A stretch of DNA of 64,000 nt from Spirochaetia bacterium (GTDB taxonomy: Bacteria; Spirochaetota; Spirochaetia; SZUA-6; Bin103): the NCBI GenBank assembly GCA_965208575.1, contig CBDBOV010000006.1, forward strand, positions 288,001 to 352,000, read 5' to 3'. Shown here one piece after another: positions 36,616 through 50,857 of the stretch. Under the pieces are notes generated by a model. The model was given only the letters and a program-made list of their open reading frames with translations. It was not told the origin of the DNA and ran no database searches. Numbering within the stretch: the first letter of the stretch is position 1; each line of letters starts with the position of its first letter. Made by a program: the position numbers and the translations under genes.

Positions 36616-38049
36616 TCAACCTCCCGGCAGGGCAAAGGTGTTCAGAGCCGGCGGCGCCCCCGGACGCGTGGTCGTTACCGTTACGATGACGAATCGCCCC
36701 GGCGGCAGGCTCACCTCGCCGATGGCGGACGCATTCGCCGCTCCTACCCGTAATATACCATCGGCAGGCTGCGGCAGACTCGCAATTCCGACGGTGTGCG
36801 GCAGCGCGCGCCACATGCGCGTATCGGCCTGCGTGACGATGGTGGCCGCCGCCGGCACCACGACCTGCGCCAGCGCACCGAAGATGCCGCCGCTGTCGGA
36901 GCCCTTCTGCAGCTCCGCCTGTACCAGCACCCGGATCACGGCCGCCACCACCGCCTTGAACACCACCCCGTCATAGCCGGCGCGGAACTCGGTCGCCACG
37001 TAGCGGTCCAGGTGCAGCAGCGGCTCGGTTTCGGTGGTGCGCCCGTTGGCACGGATGGTCAGGCTGCCATACGCGGGCGTACCCGCATACAGGGTGGGCA
37101 GCGCCGTCCCCACGGCGATCAGGCCGTGCTCGGTGGGCACGAAAATATCGAACCGGAACTCCTCCAGGCGCGGCCCAAGACCATCCTCGTGGATCACCCA
37201 CACCCGGTCGCTCTCCGCCCGGCCGCCCTGCGCGATGCGCTCCGCCGCCGCGAAGTCGGCGAGCGCGTGGCGGTTGCGGCGCCCGTCCACCGCCACCGCG
37301 TCGCGCAGCAGGTTGGAGGCGCGGTTGGCCTCGCCGGTGGCGAGCCGAAACACTCCGTGCAGCCAGTCCGTGAACGGGTTGCGCAGGCCCCGGTACTCGC
37401 CGAGCGACTCCACCGCGGCCAGCCGCCTGGCGACCGGACCGTCGGGATCCATCACCTCGGCGTAGGCCTCGTCCACCTCCTCCTCGTGCTGCCGGCGCCC
37501 GTCGTCGTCCTCGTCGGCGGTCAGTGCGCTCACCTTGACCCCGAGCTGATCGACCGCGTTGTCCTGGCGTTGCGCGGCACGATTGAACTCCACCCGCGCC
37601 CGGTCCGCGTCGCCGTCCGCAAGCGCGCCGAGCGCCTTGTAAGTGTTGACCAGCACCCCCTCGTAGATGGTGCCGTGGTAGGACAGCGCCAGGTCGCTGG
37701 CGATGAGGCTCAGCCCGACGCCGAGCACGTCCTCCACGGAGGCTACCTCGTCCGCCTTCCACAGCAACTGTCCCTCGGCGCGGTCGAACGCCACCTGCGC
37801 GTCGGCGTGGCGCTGCTCGTTGCGCAACGCACTCCCTGCGTGCAGCGAGATGAGCAGGTTGTCCGCCTGGTATTCGAGCCCGGTCGGGCCACCGAGCAGA
37901 ATGCTCGCTTGTGCGAACTCGCCGGCGCCGTAGTGCTCCATGAATTCGGCCGTCTGGACTACGTCGGAGACGCCGACGCACCCGCTCAGCATCGCCAGCG
38001 CCGCCAGCACCGCCAAGCCGGCGGCCGCGACCGTTCGTTGCGCTCTCAT
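36616..38049 (-). CDS. COG3014-family lipoprotein
   Basis: Lipobox LSGC; Y.G..YE..LVNTYKAL, ARVEFNRA..RQ, ADTRMWRALP. Confidence 0.75.
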   Translation of the reverse strand: MRAQRTVAAAGLAVLAALAMLSGCVGVSDVVQTAEFMEHYGAGEFAQASILLGGPTGLEYQADNLLISLHAGSALRNEQRHADAQVAFDRAEGQLLWKADEVASVEDVLGVGLSLIASDLALSYHGTIYEGVLVNTYKALGALADGDADRARVEFNRAAQRQDNAVDQLGVKVSALTADEDDDGRRQHEEEVDEAYAEVMDPDGPVARRLAAVESLGEYRGLRNPFTDWLHGVFRLATGEANRASNLLRDAVAVDGRRNRHALADFAAAERIAQGGRAESDRVWVIHEDGLGPRLEEFRFDIFVPTEHGLIAVGTALPTLYAGTPAYGSLTIRANGRTTETEPLLHLDRYVATEFRAGYDGVVFKAVVAAVIRVLVQAELQKGSDSGGIFGALAQVVVPAAATIVTQADTRMWRALPHTVGIASLPQPADGILRVGAANASAIGEVSLPPGRFVIVTVTTTRPGAPPALNTFALPGG

Positions 38050-38257
38050 GTTCTTCGATTCGGTTCCTCGGTGTGCCCATTAATGTATGCGATTCGAGGC
38101 CTGTCAGCCACGCTCATCGAGCGCCGCCGCCAGGTTCGCCACTCCCCGTGCGAACACCGCGGGCGCCACGATCAGCAACGGCGCCACGCTCGGCCAGGCG
38201 GCGTCGAACAGGTAGCCGGGATGCACCAGCGGCGAACGGTGCCGCGGCCATGCCGTC

Positions 38258-39664
38258 CTACGCGCCCGCGGCGCGCTCCGCCATCGGGTAGAACAGCAGG
38301 CCGGACAGCGGCTTCGGGGAGAAGAAGGTGGACTTGCGCGGCAACCGCTCGCCGCCGTCGGCGACCGCCAGCACGTCATCGAGCGGCGTCGGGTTCGTCA
38401 ACAGCGCCACGTCGGCGCGGCCGCCGTCCACCGCCGCCAGCGCATCCGCGGCGCTGTTGGTATAGCTCACCCGCTCGCTGCCGTCGAGTTCCGCCTCGGT
38501 AACCGCGAAGATGCGCCGCAGCACCAGTTCATTGAGCACGTTCACGCCCAGCCTCCGCCAGCGCGGTGAGGCCGCGGCGCCGCCCGAGCCTGCCGCCGCC
38601 CCGTCCCGCAGGGTGGCCGCCAGGAACGCGCCGCTGCCGCGCAGGTATACCCCCAGCCTGCGCTCGCCCGGGCGCGCCGCCGCCAGGTCGTGCAACCAGC
38701 TCCCCTCTGCCGCCCGCCGCCCCGCCTCCGCGTGACGGTACCGGCGCACCGTGAAGTGCTCCTCCAGGCTCCGCTCCAACGCCTGCGGGCCGGCGATGGC
38801 GGCGCCGTGCAGCAGGCGGTGGATCGGCAGTATGGTCAGCTCCTGGTGCTCGCTGTTGACCAGGAACATCAGGATGAACTCCCACGGCGCACCTGGTCCG
38901 GCGTCCGGGTGGCGGCGGCGCATCTCGTCGCGGTAGCGCAGCATGGTCTGGTAGCGGTGGTGGCCGTCAGCGATATAGATCGGCCCCCGGCCGAGCGTGT
39001 CCGACGTCGCGGTCATCGCCGACGGGTCGCTGAGCCGCCACAGGCGGTGCCGGACATTCGCCGAGTGGTCCTGAGAGTCGTCGCCCTGCGGATGCTCATC
39101 CCGCGGCCGTTCGGCGTGGTCGATCATCGGGGGCGCCGCCTTGGCCTGCTCCAGCAGCCGCTCCACTGCCCCGATCCGCTCGCGGTAGACCGACCAGATG
39201 TACTCCATCTGCACGTTGCAGGCGCGCGTCAGCCTCAACCGGTCCTCGACCACACCGCCTATCACCTGCTCGTGCGGCAGGATCGCGCCGGCGGCATAGT
39301 CGTGCAGCCGCACGCGGCCGATCACCCCGGTAACGCGACGGACGCCCGCCTCCGGCACCGCGAAGCTTTGCTCGTACACCCAGAACGCCGGCTGTACGGC
39401 GGCGCGCAGCACGCCGCGCGCCAGCCAGCGGTCGAGCGTCGCGGCCGCACGCGTGTAGCGGTTGTCGGCGTCCGTATCGCCGGCATGCTGCCTGCCGAGC
39501 GTCAGCCGCACCACGTTGTAAGGGTGACGGTCGTGGTACGCATCCTGCATCGCCGGCGTGATCACGTCGTACGGTTGCGCCAGGCAATCTCCGATCTGCT
39601 CGACCCGGCTCACGTCGTAGTGCAGCGCGCGCAGCGGCAGCACCTCGTTGACGGTGGTGGCCAT
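38258..39664 (-). CDS. DUF1015 family protein
   Basis: PYDVI, ILPHE, IYIADGHHRY, ILPIHRL, LPRKSTFF.PK. Confidence 0.88.
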   Translation of the reverse strand: MATTVNEVLPLRALHYDVSRVEQIGDCLAQPYDVITPAMQDAYHDRHPYNVVRLTLGRQHAGDTDADNRYTRAAATLDRWLARGVLRAAVQPAFWVYEQSFAVPEAGVRRVTGVIGRVRLHDYAAGAILPHEQVIGGVVEDRLRLTRACNVQMEYIWSVYRERIGAVERLLEQAKAAPPMIDHAERPRDEHPQGDDSQDHSANVRHRLWRLSDPSAMTATSDTLGRGPIYIADGHHRYQTMLRYRDEMRRRHPDAGPGAPWEFILMFLVNSEHQELTILPIHRLLHGAAIAGPQALERSLEEHFTVRRYRHAEAGRRAAEGSWLHDLAAARPGERRLGVYLRGSGAFLAATLRDGAAAGSGGAAASPRWRRLGVNVLNELVLRRIFAVTEAELDGSERVSYTNSAADALAAVDGGRADVALLTNPTPLDDVLAVADGGERLPRKSTFFSPKPLSGLLFYPMAERAAGA

Positions 39665-39780
39665 GCCGCATCGTGCCGTGGACCGCGCCGCACCGGCAAG
39701 CCGCCTGCACTGCTCGATACCGCCCGATACCGGCGGCTGCCCATCACGCCCACAATGCGCTACCCTGGCGGCCACGTCGC

Positions 39781-40518
39781 ATGGACCGCCATACGGAACC
39801 ACTGCTCGCGGCGGCGCGCGAGTTGCACCGCGACCTGGCCGTGCTGCGGTTCGCCGCGCCGGTACACACCGTGTACGAGCCGCTCGACTACGCCTGGTGC
39901 GGATTCCGCGCCTACGTCGAGACCCATGCGCCGCGCCGCGCCCGCGTCCTGTTCCTGGGCATGAACCCGGGCCCGTTCGGCATGGCCCAGACCGGGGTGC
40001 CGTTCGGCGAGGTGCGGGCGGCGCGCGACTGGCTCGGCATCGACTGCGCGGTGCGCGCTCCGGCCGGCGAACACCCCAAGCGCCCCATCGAGGGCTTCGC
40101 GTGCCCGCGCAGCGAAATCAGCGGCGCCCGCCTGTGGGGACTGTTCCGGGACCGCTTCGGCACGCCGGCGGCGTTCTTCCACGACCATTTCGTGGTCAAC
40201 TACTGTCCGCTGATGTTCGTCGAAGCATCCGGCCGCAACCGCACGCCGGACAAGCTGCCGGCTGCCGAACGCACGCCCGTCCTGACGCTCTGCGACCGCC
40301 ACCTGCTGGCCGTGGTCGAGCACCTGTGCCCGCGCTGGCTGATCGGGGTCGGCGCATTCGCGATGCGCGCCGCACAGCGCGCGGTGCGTCCGCTGCCGCA
40401 CCATGAGCGCCCCCGCACCGCTCAGATTCTGCACCCCTCGCCGGCCAACCCGGCGGCCAACCGCGGCTGGGCGCAGGCGGCTGCCGCCGCACTGCTGGAC
40501 GCTGGCGTCTGGGATTGA
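39781..40518 (+). CDS. SMUG1-type (family 3) uracil-DNA glycosylase
   Basis: LFLGMNPGPFGMAQTGVPFG, SEISG.RLW, NYCPL, ILHPSP. Confidence 0.88.
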   Translation: MDRHTEPLLAAARELHRDLAVLRFAAPVHTVYEPLDYAWCGFRAYVETHAPRRARVLFLGMNPGPFGMAQTGVPFGEVRAARDWLGIDCAVRAPAGEHPKRPIEGFACPRSEISGARLWGLFRDRFGTPAAFFHDHFVVNYCPLMFVEASGRNRTPDKLPAAERTPVLTLCDRHLLAVVEHLCPRWLIGVGAFAMRAAQRAVRPLPHHERPRTAQILHPSPANPAANRGWAQAAAAALLDAGVWD

Positions 40519-40704
40519 CCATATTGCCGTATTCCACTAAGGTACGCGCTCGGCGGCGCAGCTTGTTCGGCTCGCGCGTTTGCCGTGCAATACGCGCAGC
40601 GCTTGCCGGAAGCCACGTAAAGCGTCGTTCCCGTCGCTCGCGGTCTTAGTATATTTGCTTACCCGTTTGGAGGTTTTCCGTACCGCCCGGCCGGAGCGCT
40701 GAAA

Positions 40705-45366
<4,662 letters not shown>

Positions 45367-45388
45367 CCGCTCTCAGCACGGACAGATC

Positions 45389-46849
45389 ATGGGTAAGCCA
45401 ACCGGATTCAAGGAAATCGAACGCAGCCTGCCGCCCGACCGGGATCCGGCCGCGCGCGTCCGTGACTGGGGCGACTTCCACGGCCACGCCGGCGACGAAC
45501 ACCTGCGGGCGCAGGCCTCGCGGTGCATGGATTGCGGCACCCCGTTCTGCCACACCGGCGACGGCCGCGCCGACACCCGCCAGACGGTCGGCTGCCCGCT
45601 CAACAACCTGATCCCGGAGTGGAACGACCTGGTGTACCGCGGTCTGTGGCGCGACGCGCTCGACCGGCTGCACAAGACCAACAACTTCCCCGAGTTCACC
45701 GGCAAGGTATGTCCGGCGCCGTGCGAGTCGGCGTGCGTCCTGGCCATCATCGAGCCGGCCGTGACCATCAAGAACACCGAGTGGGCGATCATCGAGCGCG
45801 GCTTCGACTCCGGCTGGGTGGAGGCGGCGCCGCCGGCCGTGCGCACCGGCAAACGGGTGGCGGTGGTCGGCTCCGGCCCCGCGGGGCTGGCGTGCGCCGA
45901 TCAGCTCAACGGCGCCGGCCACCTGGTCACCGTGTACGAACGCGCCGACCGCATCGGCGGACTGCTGATGTACGGCATCCCCAACATGAAGCTGGAAAAG
46001 CCCCTGGTGGACCGGCGCGTCGACCTGATGCGGCGCGCCGGCGTCGAGTTTCATACCGGTGTCGAGGTCGGTCGCGATCTGCCCGGGCCCGACCTGCGCG
46101 AGCAGTTCGACGCGGTCGTGCTGTGCTGCGGTGCCACCAAGCCGCGCGACCTGCCGATACCGGGGCGCGAGCTGGACGGCATCCACCAGGCGATGGAGTA
46201 TCTCACCGCCAACACGCGCTGGCTGCTCGACGGCGCCTCCGGGCGGGCGCCGATCGACGCCGCCGGCAAGGATGTCCTGGTGATCGGCGGCGGCGACACC
46301 GGTACCGACTGCGTCGGCACCGCCATGCGCCAGGGCTGCCGCTCCCTGACCCAGATCGAAATCGTCCCCGAGTTCCCGGCCAGTCTGCCGTGGCCCGAGT
46401 TCGGGCGCACCTCGCTGCCCGACTACGGCCAGGAAGAAGTAGCCGCCGTGCATGGCAGCGACCCGCGCGGATACAGCGTGACCGCGGAGCGCTTTTCCTC
46501 CGATGCCGGCAACCGCGTGACGCACACCCGCCTGGTCGACGTCGACTGGAGCCGCGGACGCCCGCAGCCGGTGAGCGGCAGCGGACGCGACGTTGCCACG
46601 CAACTCGTGCTTCTGTCGATGGGTTTCCTGGGCCCGGAGGACCGCCTGATCGACCAGCTCCGCGTGGAGCGCGACGAGCGCAGCAACGCCAAGGCCGAAT
46701 ATGGCAAGTTCACCACCAGCCTGCCCGGCGTGTTCGCCGCCGGCGACGTCCGGCGCGGCGCCAGCCTGGTGGTGTGGGCGATCATGGAGGGGCGCGGCGC
46801 GGCACGCGAGTGCGACCGCTACCTGATGGGCTCTACCCTGCTGCCGTAG
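45389..46849 (+). CDS. gltD: glutamate synthase small subunit
   Basis: [46 protein letters not shown]. Confidence 0.96.
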   Translation: MGKPTGFKEIERSLPPDRDPAARVRDWGDFHGHAGDEHLRAQASRCMDCGTPFCHTGDGRADTRQTVGCPLNNLIPEWNDLVYRGLWRDALDRLHKTNNFPEFTGKVCPAPCESACVLAIIEPAVTIKNTEWAIIERGFDSGWVEAAPPAVRTGKRVAVVGSGPAGLACADQLNGAGHLVTVYERADRIGGLLMYGIPNMKLEKPLVDRRVDLMRRAGVEFHTGVEVGRDLPGPDLREQFDAVVLCCGATKPRDLPIPGRELDGIHQAMEYLTANTRWLLDGASGRAPIDAAGKDVLVIGGGDTGTDCVGTAMRQGCRSLTQIEIVPEFPASLPWPEFGRTSLPDYGQEEVAAVHGSDPRGYSVTAERFSSDAGNRVTHTRLVDVDWSRGRPQPVSGSGRDVATQLVLLSMGFLGPEDRLIDQLRVERDERSNAKAEYGKFTTSLPGVFAAGDVRRGASLVVWAIMEGRGAARECDRYLMGSTLLP

Positions 46850-46858
46850 CGCGCCCGC

Positions 46859-48688
46859 TCAGCCGCCGCCGGCGCCGTTGATGCGGCGCAGCGGCAGGCG
46901 CAGCGAGAAGGTGGTCCCGGAACCGTCGCTGTTGTTGGCCGCGGCGATGGTGCCGCCGTTCCCTACCAGCACGGCACGCGCAATCGCCAGCCCGAGACCG
47001 CTGCCCTTGGAAACCGCGCCATCGCCCATCGGCTTGCCACGGTAGAAACGATCAAAGATGTGCGGCAGGTCCTCGGCAGCGATACCCGGTCCGCGATCGC
47101 GGATGTGGATAATCGCCCAGCCGTGATCGTCTGCCCCGCTGATCACTATCTCGCCCCCTGCACCGCCGTAGAACAGGGCATTCTGCATCACGTTGTCCAC
47201 CGCGATCTCCATGCCGGCCAGGTGCAGCTCCAGGTCCGCGTCGGCGGCGTTCATCTCGACCGACACCGCCACCCCGGCGCGCGCCGCCTGGCTCGCGAAG
47301 CGCCGCTCGGCGCCGCGCACCAGGTCGCCGAGCGTAATCCTCATGGCGTGGTTGCTGAACGCGCCCGCCTCCAGCCGCGACAGGTTGAGCAGATTCTCCA
47401 CGATCCACTCCATGCGCTCGATCTGGTGGCGGCTGTCGCGCAGAAACTCGAGGCGCATCTCGACGTCGACGCCGCGCCCGCTGCGGCCGCGTCCCGTCCG
47501 GTGTCCGTCCACAACGCCGCCGGCCAGCGCCTGCGCCGCCGCCGGGCTGTGCTCGACGCTCCGCCGGCCACCGGCAGCCGACGCGGGCTCACCGCCGCCG
47601 GCGCCGGCCGCGGCGGCTGCCTGTCCGTTGGCTTCCGCCTCCTGCCGCGCACCGCGCAGCAGCAGCTCGTTGAAGGTCTTCAGCGCCGTCACCGGCGTGC
47701 GCAGTTCGTGTGACGCGTCGGCCACGAACCGGCGCAACACGTCGCGCTCCTGGCGCAGGTCGCCCACCGTCGATTCCAGCTTGCCCGCCATGGCATTGAA
47801 CTGGCGGCCCAGCTCGCCGATCTCGCCGCTCCCGGTGGTGGGCGCGCGCGCCGCCAGGTCGCCCCTCCCCATGCGCATCGCGGACGCGGTGAGACCCTCG
47901 ATCGGGGCGGTCAAGCGGCGCCCGAACACCAGCCCGAGCAGGGCGGCGAGCACGGTGGCGGCCAGGGCGGCGATGATGAACGGCCCGATAATCGTTTCCA
48001 GCGCCTCGTTGTGGGCGTCCGGGCTGCGGGCAATCTCCACGTAGCCAATCGGACTGCCGGGATCGCCGATCGGCTCGAGGTGGGTGATGCGCATCGGGTC
48101 GTCGGGCGCGGCGCTGCCGGCCGTGGCAACCGGATGCGCCACCGGCCCGTCGTACTCCCGGAACTCGATCAGGCTGCCCCACAACCCGCTGCGCCGCCGC
48201 ACCACCATGATCTGGGTTTCGGCGAGTCCCTGCAGCGCCGGCAGCGAGCGCAGTTGGCTGGCGCGCCGTGCCGGGTCGGCCGACACCCGGATCCAGAACA
48301 TCTGGCGCACCATCGAGTTGCCGGAGGGGAACGTCGCCACGACGCGCACCCACTCGTGATCGGATCCGTCCTGCGGCCCGGAGTCGGCGAGCACGCGGTG
48401 CGCGCGGTCCAGGATCCGGATCCGCGAGTCGCTCATGAACGCCGATGTCTGCGCCAGCTCCAGCAGGGACAGCGGGCGTACCACCGGCACCATCAGGGAA
48501 TGCGCCTGCCTGGCCACGGTGGAGGCGTTGGATTGCAAGTAGGCGGTCTCGCGCCGTTCCACGAAGTGGGTCAGCAGGGCGCCCGAGAACCCGCCTACGA
48601 TGCCGATCGCCACCATGGCGATGAGGATGAAGCTCAGCACCAGGCGCGCGCGAATCGACAGGAATGGCAAGCCGCCGGCGGCAGCCAT
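46859..48688 (-). CDS. HAMP-domain sensor histidine kinase
   Basis: Two TM segments, HAMP, ASHELRTP, N box QNA, DRGPGI, FDRFYR, GSGLGL. Confidence 0.93.
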   Translation of the reverse strand: MAAAGGLPFLSIRARLVLSFILIAMVAIGIVGGFSGALLTHFVERRETAYLQSNASTVARQAHSLMVPVVRPLSLLELAQTSAFMSDSRIRILDRAHRVLADSGPQDGSDHEWVRVVATFPSGNSMVRQMFWIRVSADPARRASQLRSLPALQGLAETQIMVVRRRSGLWGSLIEFREYDGPVAHPVATAGSAAPDDPMRITHLEPIGDPGSPIGYVEIARSPDAHNEALETIIGPFIIAALAATVLAALLGLVFGRRLTAPIEGLTASAMRMGRGDLAARAPTTGSGEIGELGRQFNAMAGKLESTVGDLRQERDVLRRFVADASHELRTPVTALKTFNELLLRGARQEAEANGQAAAAAGAGGGEPASAAGGRRSVEHSPAAAQALAGGVVDGHRTGRGRSGRGVDVEMRLEFLRDSRHQIERMEWIVENLLNLSRLEAGAFSNHAMRITLGDLVRGAERRFASQAARAGVAVSVEMNAADADLELHLAGMEIAVDNVMQNALFYGGAGGEIVISGADDHGWAIIHIRDRGPGIAAEDLPHIFDRFYRGKPMGDGAVSKGSGLGLAIARAVLVGNGGTIAAANNSDGSGTTFSLRLPLRRINGAGGG

Positions 48689-48782
48689 CAGGTTCCCTTC
48701 ACCATAGGCTGCAAAACAAGATACCGGGCCGGACGCGGCGCCGGCCAGAGTGCGCCGTCACGAATCGGTCGCGCGCCGGCCG

Positions 48783-49493
48783 TTACTGCGGCGGCCGGCT
48801 GGAGAACTTGTAGCCGTGCCCGCGCACGGTTACGAGCCGCCGCGGGTGGGTCGGGTCGCGCTCCAGCTTCTCGCGCAGGTGGCGCATGTGGACGTCGACG
48901 GTACGATCGTAGCCCACCTCGGCGTGGTAGCCCCACACCGCTTCCAGGATCTGGTCGCGGGTCACCGGGCGATCGGGGTGGGAAATCAGGTAGCGCAACA
49001 GCCGAAACTCGGTCGGTGTCAGGTAGACGATCTCGCCGGCGCGGAACACCTGCAGCAGCTCCAGGTCGATGGTGATGTCGTCGTACACGATCTTCTCGTT
49101 GCTGCTGCGCTGCGCCAGCTCGCCGTAGGCGCGGCGCAGCAAGGCGCGGATGCGCGACAGGAGTTCGCGCAACTGGTACGGCTTCACCACGTAGTCGTCC
49201 GCGCCCAACTCGAAGCCGAGCACCTTGTCCACCTCTTCGTCGCGCGCCGTCAGCATCAGAATCGGTTGCCGGAATCCCTCCTGGCGAAGCTTGCGGCACA
49301 GGTCGAACCCGCTGGTATCGGGCAGCCGGATGTCGAGAATGATCAGATGCGGAGCCTGCCTGGCGACCAGTTGGTATCCGGCGGCGCCGTCCTCTCCCCA
49401 CAGCACGCCGTAACCTTCCTGCTCCAGGGCGAAGCTGAGCCCCTTGGCAACCGCGGAGTCATCTTCGATCAGGACGATTCGTTCCTCGCTCAT
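48783..49493 (-). CDS. OmpR-family response regulator
   Basis: IEDD, ILDIRLP, LMLTA, ADDYVVKP, LTPTEF, TVRGHGY. Confidence 0.95.
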   Translation of the reverse strand: MSEERIVLIEDDSAVAKGLSFALEQEGYGVLWGEDGAAGYQLVARQAPHLIILDIRLPDTSGFDLCRKLRQEGFRQPILMLTARDEEVDKVLGFELGADDYVVKPYQLRELLSRIRALLRRAYGELAQRSSNEKIVYDDITIDLELLQVFRAGEIVYLTPTEFRLLRYLISHPDRPVTRDQILEAVWGYHAEVGYDRTVDVHMRHLREKLERDPTHPRRLVTVRGHGYKFSSRPPQ

Positions 49494-50857
49494 ACCGGTC
49501 CCCCGCGCAAGCCCAGCGCCGCCGCGTTGCCGACACGCAGCGCCGCGGCCAGGTGGCGCGGCACCACGGCACGTACCCGGTAGCCTTCCGCACCCGCCTC
49601 CTGGCGCTCGATGTGCCCGGCCGCCCGCACCACGCCGAGCAGCGCCGACTTGCTGTACGGCACGTCGAACGCGACCCGTACGTGGCCCTCCGCCAGGCGC
49701 CGCCGCAGCGTCGCGCACAACTGCTCGACCCCCTCCCCGGTCACCGCGCTCACCGCAACCGCTCCCTCCAGGCCAAGCCGCAACGGCGAACCCGGTTCGA
49801 CCAGGTCGATCTTGTTCAGGATCGGCATCCTGGGGATGTCACCGGCGCCGATCTGCGCCAGCACGTCCGTCACCGCCTCCTGCTGCTGCAGGTGGCTCGG
49901 ATCGCTCGCATCCGCCACCATCAGCAACAGGTCGGCCTCGGTCACCTCCTCCAGCGTGGCGCGGAACGCGGCCACCAACTGGTGCGGCAGCTTCTGGATG
50001 AAACCGACCGTGTCGGTCAGCAGCGCCTGCCGCCCGGAGCCCAGGTCGATGCGCCGCGTGGTGGGGTCAAGGGTGGCGAACAGCCGGTCCGCGGCGTACA
50101 CGTCGGCCCCGGTGAGCCGGTTCATCAGGCTGCTCTTGCCCGCGTTCGTGTAGCCGACCAGCGCCACCATGGTGCCGGCGGCGCGGTGGCGCTGCACCCG
50201 GCCGTGGCGCCGCTGCCGCGACAGCTGATCGATGCGCGCGCGCAGTGCGCCGAGCCGGCGGCGGATCTGGCGCCGGTCCACCTCGATCTGCGTCTCGCCC
50301 GGGCCGCGCAGGCCGACGCCGCCGCCCGCCCGCCCGCCCGCCTGCCTGGCCAGGTGCGTCCACAACCGGGTCAGGCGCGGCAACCGGTACTCCAACTGCG
50401 CCAGCTCGACCTGCAGCTTGCCTTCACGGCTGCGGGCGTGGCGGGCGAACACGTCCAGGATCAGCGCCGTGCGGTCGATCGCCAACAGGTCGTCGCCGAG
50501 GATCCGCTCCACGTTGCGGAGCTGTGACGGCGACAGTTCGTCATCGAACAGCACCACGTCGGCGCCGGCCGCGCGCGCCGCGCCCGCGACGGCCGCGATC
50601 TTTCCGGCGCCGATGTAGGTGCGCGGATCGGGCTGCCGGCGGCGCTGCCAGGCGCGCCCGGCCACGTGCAATCCGGCACTGTCCGCCAGCCGCGCCAGTT
50701 CGTCGAGACACTGCTGCACGTCCCACTCCGGCGCCCGCGCCACCAGGCTGGCCGGGGCGGTGCCGCCGCTGCGCTCGTCCGCCGGGGCGCCGCCCGCGCT
50801 CACCTGCAGGCCGACCAGGTACGCGCGCTGGCGCCGTACTCCGCGCGCCCCGCTCAT
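49490..50857 (-). CDS. hflX: ribosome-splitting GTPase HflX
   Basis: EGKLQVELAQ, RGPGETQIE, GYTNAGKS, LFATLDPT, DTVGF, NKID. Confidence 0.95.
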   Translation of the reverse strand: MSGARGVRRQRAYLVGLQVSAGGAPADERSGGTAPASLVARAPEWDVQQCLDELARLADSAGLHVAGRAWQRRRQPDPRTYIGAGKIAAVAGAARAAGADVVLFDDELSPSQLRNVERILGDDLLAIDRTALILDVFARHARSREGKLQVELAQLEYRLPRLTRLWTHLARQAGGRAGGGVGLRGPGETQIEVDRRQIRRRLGALRARIDQLSRQRRHGRVQRHRAAGTMVALVGYTNAGKSSLMNRLTGADVYAADRLFATLDPTTRRIDLGSGRQALLTDTVGFIQKLPHQLVAAFRATLEEVTEADLLLMVADASDPSHLQQQEAVTDVLAQIGAGDIPRMPILNKIDLVEPGSPLRLGLEGAVAVSAVTGEGVEQLCATLRRRLAEGHVRVAFDVPYSKSALLGVVRAAGHIERQEAGAEGYRVRAVVPRHLAAALRVGNAAALGLRGGPV

